From NCBI GenBank assembly GCA_026025075.1, contig JAPEUI010000017.1:186001-210539 (forward strand): 24,539 nt of DNA, given 5' to 3'. The DNA comes from Vezdaea acicularis. Taxonomy: Eukaryota. The translations under genes were made by a program, and so were the position numbers. Below the pieces are notes generated by a model, which did not search any database, was not told where the DNA came from, and saw only the letters and a program-made list of their open reading frames with translations. Positions 20,812-24,539 of this stretch are shown here, piece by piece (within the stretch, counting starts at the first letter, position 1; every line of letters begins with the position of its first letter).

Positions 20812-21726
20812 TCAGAATATCCTAGGTCTAATCGCCTCCATGAAAAGGTGCTGCATGATGTACTTCTTTCCCACAATCGTCGGCAATAGGTTAACCCAAT
20901 CCTCATCCCGTGGTGGCGGTTCCATCGCCGAATCAAACTCCCACCACGCCGGAAAAAAGCCTGAGACCTCCCAATCAATAATCGTCAGCTCGAACGCCGC
21001 CTTGCCCACCCTTTCGAACATCACATTCTTCCGCTGAATATCGCTATGCGTGAAAATCGCTTCGTGGCCATATAGACACCCACTCAGTTGTTGCAACCGC
21101 GTGAAAAAGGGCTTACCACCCCCTGCTGCGTGGAAAATGGCTTCGACCATACTGGCCTCGGTGTGGAAGGGCCCGCCACTCTTGCCCGCGTCAAGCCGGA
21201 ATACGCCATGCTCGTACGGCTGGCAGCCAAGGTTACCGAAATATGGAGATTTGAGTCTTCGTAGTTGCTTCAGATATGCTCGAAGTCTTCGCGCCACTTC
21301 CTGTTTCTCCAAGGCGCTCATGGTTGGCCATGCAGTCTCAAGCGTCTCCCCAGGTATATATTCCATCACGATATAGGTGACCTCGTCGCGGACATACGCA
21401 GCGAAGACTTTCGGAACCCGAATCGTGGTTTGTGCGGCTACGAACCGGAGGTTTTCTGCTTCTGAGAGGTCGATACTTCGGCCATACTTGATGGCGAAGC
21501 CTTTGACTTGAACCACTGTACAAATGCCATTCGATTTCAGGATTCTACCCCCCGCTATCTCTTCTGCCGTTGGAAGTGGGTGATCGGGTAGAGTAGTATT
21601 GACCGGGCTACTACCTTGACCTAGAAGGAAAATACTGTTAAAAACTTGAGTTTCTCAGGCACGTAGCAAGAATGACATACTGGGTTGAACTTGAAATGAC
21701 TTGATGAGCTTCCTGAGGCACTGCAT
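20812..21726 (-). CDS. Aminoglycoside phosphotransferase / choline-kinase-like (APH) protein kinase-fold protein (exons 21726-21681, 21620-20812; ~284 aa)
   Basis: 'LPTAEEI', 'FAIKYG...EAENLRFV...IRVPKV', 'YIVMEYIPGETL..AW', 'GPFHTE', Brenner-type 'FTHSDIQRKNVM' and 'IIDWEVSGFFPAWWEF'. Intron GTATGT(21680)..TTCTAG(21621) gives an in-frame MQCLRKLIKSFQVQPSQGSSP start. Confidence 0.85.
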
Positions 21727-22638
21727 TTTGAATATCAGGGTTGGTCGACGGTGTGCTGAGCTCTATGCATGTTTCACGCTGAGATTTACGTGGGTGACTT
21801 TGATTCCACCGTCGAGTATCGACAACGCCCCGCCCCGAACACCTTGTCAAAAAAAAAGTGTAGGAGCGCGAGACCACGAGTAAACACCGCCACCACTACA
21901 CCCATCTCCCCCCCAAAAAAGTGGCAACACTCTTGCAAACCACATCAAGCAAAATCACGATATCGCGTCTCGTGTCAAGGTTTGCCGTTTAATGGGGGAG
22001 CGCCGGTGTAATCAATCATTACCACAGGCAAACGCCCCCAAACCCCCAATTTAGCCTCTTGAAGATCGCCGTAATTATCAAACCACACTCTCACCTCAAC
22101 CCCCTAACAACTTGACAAACTACACAAACATCTACTCAACACCCCATACATAACGAGCTTTCCCCAGACTCTCTCGGACATCACCACCCCCCATCATCAC
22201 CCAGCCTCAACCTCGAACTACTATATTAGTGGATCATATAGCTTTATATCCTCAACTACGCTAGGCCAAGCCATATCCATACCCCTCTCTTCACCCCCTT
22301 TATACCCTCCCTCAATTTCGAGAGGCATGGAAAGTGAGCAGCAGCGGTAGGGGCGGAATACTTCATTTTTGGAAAGGGGAAAAGGGAATGGAAAGGGAGG
22401 AATTTCATTAGAGTAGACAGAAAGATTCAGGGTGATAGGAGAAGCAGAAAAGGAGAGAGAGCGCACGAAGAAGACGAAGCCGGTAAAGAAGAAGAAGGAG
22501 AAGGAAGACAGCAAAGCAAAGAAAAGAGAAAGGAAATGGGCGCAGAGATAAAAAGGGCGAGGGGGGACTATTGCCCCGCCATTTACACAACCCCCAAAAG
22601 GAAATTCCAGCCATCAAAGCATACCCCCCATCCAAAGT

Positions 22639-24539
22639 CTAAGGACTTCCCTCGCCGCCCCTCCCCCTCTTCCCGCCCTCCCCCTCCCTCTTTCCCCCCC
22701 TCCGCTCAAGCCACCGCCTCTTCCCAACCCTCGTCTCAAAGTGCGGCGAACTGTTCGCCAGCACCTCCGGGCCCGCGGCCAGCAAAGACGAACGCATTTT
22801 ATTGCGGTAGGCGTCGACTATTGTCCCATCATACGTTAGAATAGATTATGAGGAATGGAGTGAAAGAGGGAAGGCGAGGGAAAGGGAAAGGGGGAAATAC
22901 GTACGCGAACGCTGCAGAAACAAGATTCGGCCAGCAAAAACTCTCGACTGACTCCAACTCATCCGATACCCCAAATCATTCAAACAAACCTCCTTCCCCC
23001 TCCTCTTCCTCCCCATCCTCGGTATTCCCACCTCCACCTCCCCCATTCCCTCTCCCATCCCCATCCCCCCAACCGGCACAACCGTCCTCCCCCTCACTCC
23101 CTCCTCCTCATCCCCCTCCCACCCCTCCCCCGTCGCAGCAGACGGCGGGGGACTCTGCATCTGCACCGCAAACCACGAACGCGGGTACACCGCATTGTCC
23201 CTTCGATACGAATCCGGGATCTCCGCGGTATCCACCGCGTCCAGAGATACCCGCACGCGCACGCGGCTGCCCCGCGCGGGGTCGTCTACTAGGATGAATT
23301 TCCGTTTTTTGATCCCTCCGACGCCTCCGGTACCGCCGGTGCTGGTGGATAAGGGGGGAGGAAGTAGGAGCGGGTTTTTGTTGTTTGGGGGGTTGGGGTT
23401 GGAGGTACTGGGGTGTCGGGAGGAGGGGGCAGGAGAAGAATTCGAGCGCGTATGGCTATGTCCGTTCATCCCCCCATGCGGAGACGAGGTCGTAGATGTA
23501 GCCACCGCACCAGTCGCACTCCCGGGATGATTCGCCAGACCGCCCATCCCGTCGTGGAGAGGCGGAGGAATCGCCGCTCCTCCGCCCACTGTGTTCGGTT
23601 GGGGCGGGTAAGTTGGGTAGAATGAGTGGGTTGGGCGGAGGACTTCGGGGTGGGCCTGTTTATTGTTGTTTGCGACGGCGGAGGAGGAGGTGTGGTGGGC
23701 GCCGTTGGGAGTACCGCTGGGAGCGATGGTGGGGATGGCGTGGTGGTGCGTGGTGTCGACGCTGCTGGCGGTGTAGCCATTGGATGCTGGAGAGAGAGGC
23801 GCGTTAGCGGGGGTGCCTTTGGGGAGTGTGTTTTGGAGTTGCGTGTGGATGTGTGTGATTGCAAGCAAGCAAGCAAAGCGAGCGGAGACGATTGCTGAGA
23901 CAGGAACCAAGCAAGTGTGGGAGTGAGAATGGATACATAGAGGAGCACTAATATACAGGAAATCATGCTGCTCTCTCTTCCTCGCTTTCTCGCTCTCTCT
24001 GCTCTCTTTCTCCTACTCTCTTTTACTCCCCACACATCTCTCTCTCTTCCCTGCTTTATGCTTCTCTCTGGCGCAGCTTTGCAGAGAAATGGAGACATTT
24101 GCAAGGCACTCTTGCATGGTCAAGGAAAACAGAGAAAAAAAGAGAAAGAAAAAAGACTCAGGTCCTGTAGTTTTCCCCATCCCTCCCAGTTTTCTCCGGC
24201 TAATAGACACACAGCGCGAGTCGCAACAACGGAGGAAGGCGAACCGGCAAACAACAAAAGCACAAGTAGACAAGACAGGCAAGGCAAAGGTAAGGGCAAG
24301 GGGCAAGCAGAGCAAGCAACAAGAAGTATATTCGGATTCACATCTGGTGAAACATACCGCTGACATCGCCGCCTCCGCCGCTCCCCCCCGGCCCCTCCGG
24401 ATGCGCGTGGTGATGATGCAGCTGCGGCCCCGCCATGCCCAGAGCGGCCGGCTGCGGCTGTGGCTGCTGTGGCTGCTGCTGCTGCTGCTCCCTCTTGAGG
24501 CCCTGCGGCACCATCCCCGCCGCGGAGGGCATGCCGCCC
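22639..24539 (-). CDS. Conserved filamentous-fungal hypothetical protein with Gln/His/Pro/Ser-rich low-complexity region and a compact C-terminal domain; probably 5'-truncated by the window (exons >=24532-24358, 23786-22905, 22817-22639)
   Basis: C-terminal block 'KRKFILVDDPARGSRVRVRVSLDAVDTAEIPDSYRRDNAVYPRSWF...LNDLGYRMSWSQSRVFAGRILFLQRSLDAYRNKMR...PHFETRVGKRRW' resembles a Pezizomycotina-conserved uncharacterised domain (from recall). Donor GTATGT at 24357 and CTAAC..CTCCAG acceptor at 23787 are frame-compatible, as is intron 22904-22818. Extra small exons inside the long intron cannot be excluded. Confidence 0.72.

Overview
AT/GC-balanced, intron-containing eukaryotic DNA from a filamentous ascomycete (short GT..AG introns with CTAAC/CTGAC branch points; the species cannot be determined from the sequence). 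I reconstructed ten protein-coding genes by hand. In order: SPT8 (SAGA WD40 subunit, -), an orphan protein with a C-terminal dsRNA-binding motif (+), a GPI-anchored X325/Bim1-like copper-binding protein (-), an SRR1-domain protein (+), bleomycin hydrolase/LAP3 (-), a ZNFX1/Hrr1/SAD-3-type SF1 RNA helicase (+), two tandem BTB-domain paralogs (-), an APH/choline-kinase-like phosphotransferase (-), and a possibly 5'-truncated low-complexity conserved fungal protein (-). The most notable structure is the BTB duplication. The two copies share intron positions but carry large, unrelated repeat-built inserts in the same loop. Both retain an upstream CTACC-N13-GGTAG dyad, and a 178-bp Tc1/mariner-type MITE lies between them. 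No tRNA, rRNA or CRISPR array was recognised. I see no firm evidence for a new multi-gene system; the RNA-silencing/ubiquitin neighbourhood idea is offered only as a hypothesis. All family assignments come from recalled motifs, not database searches.
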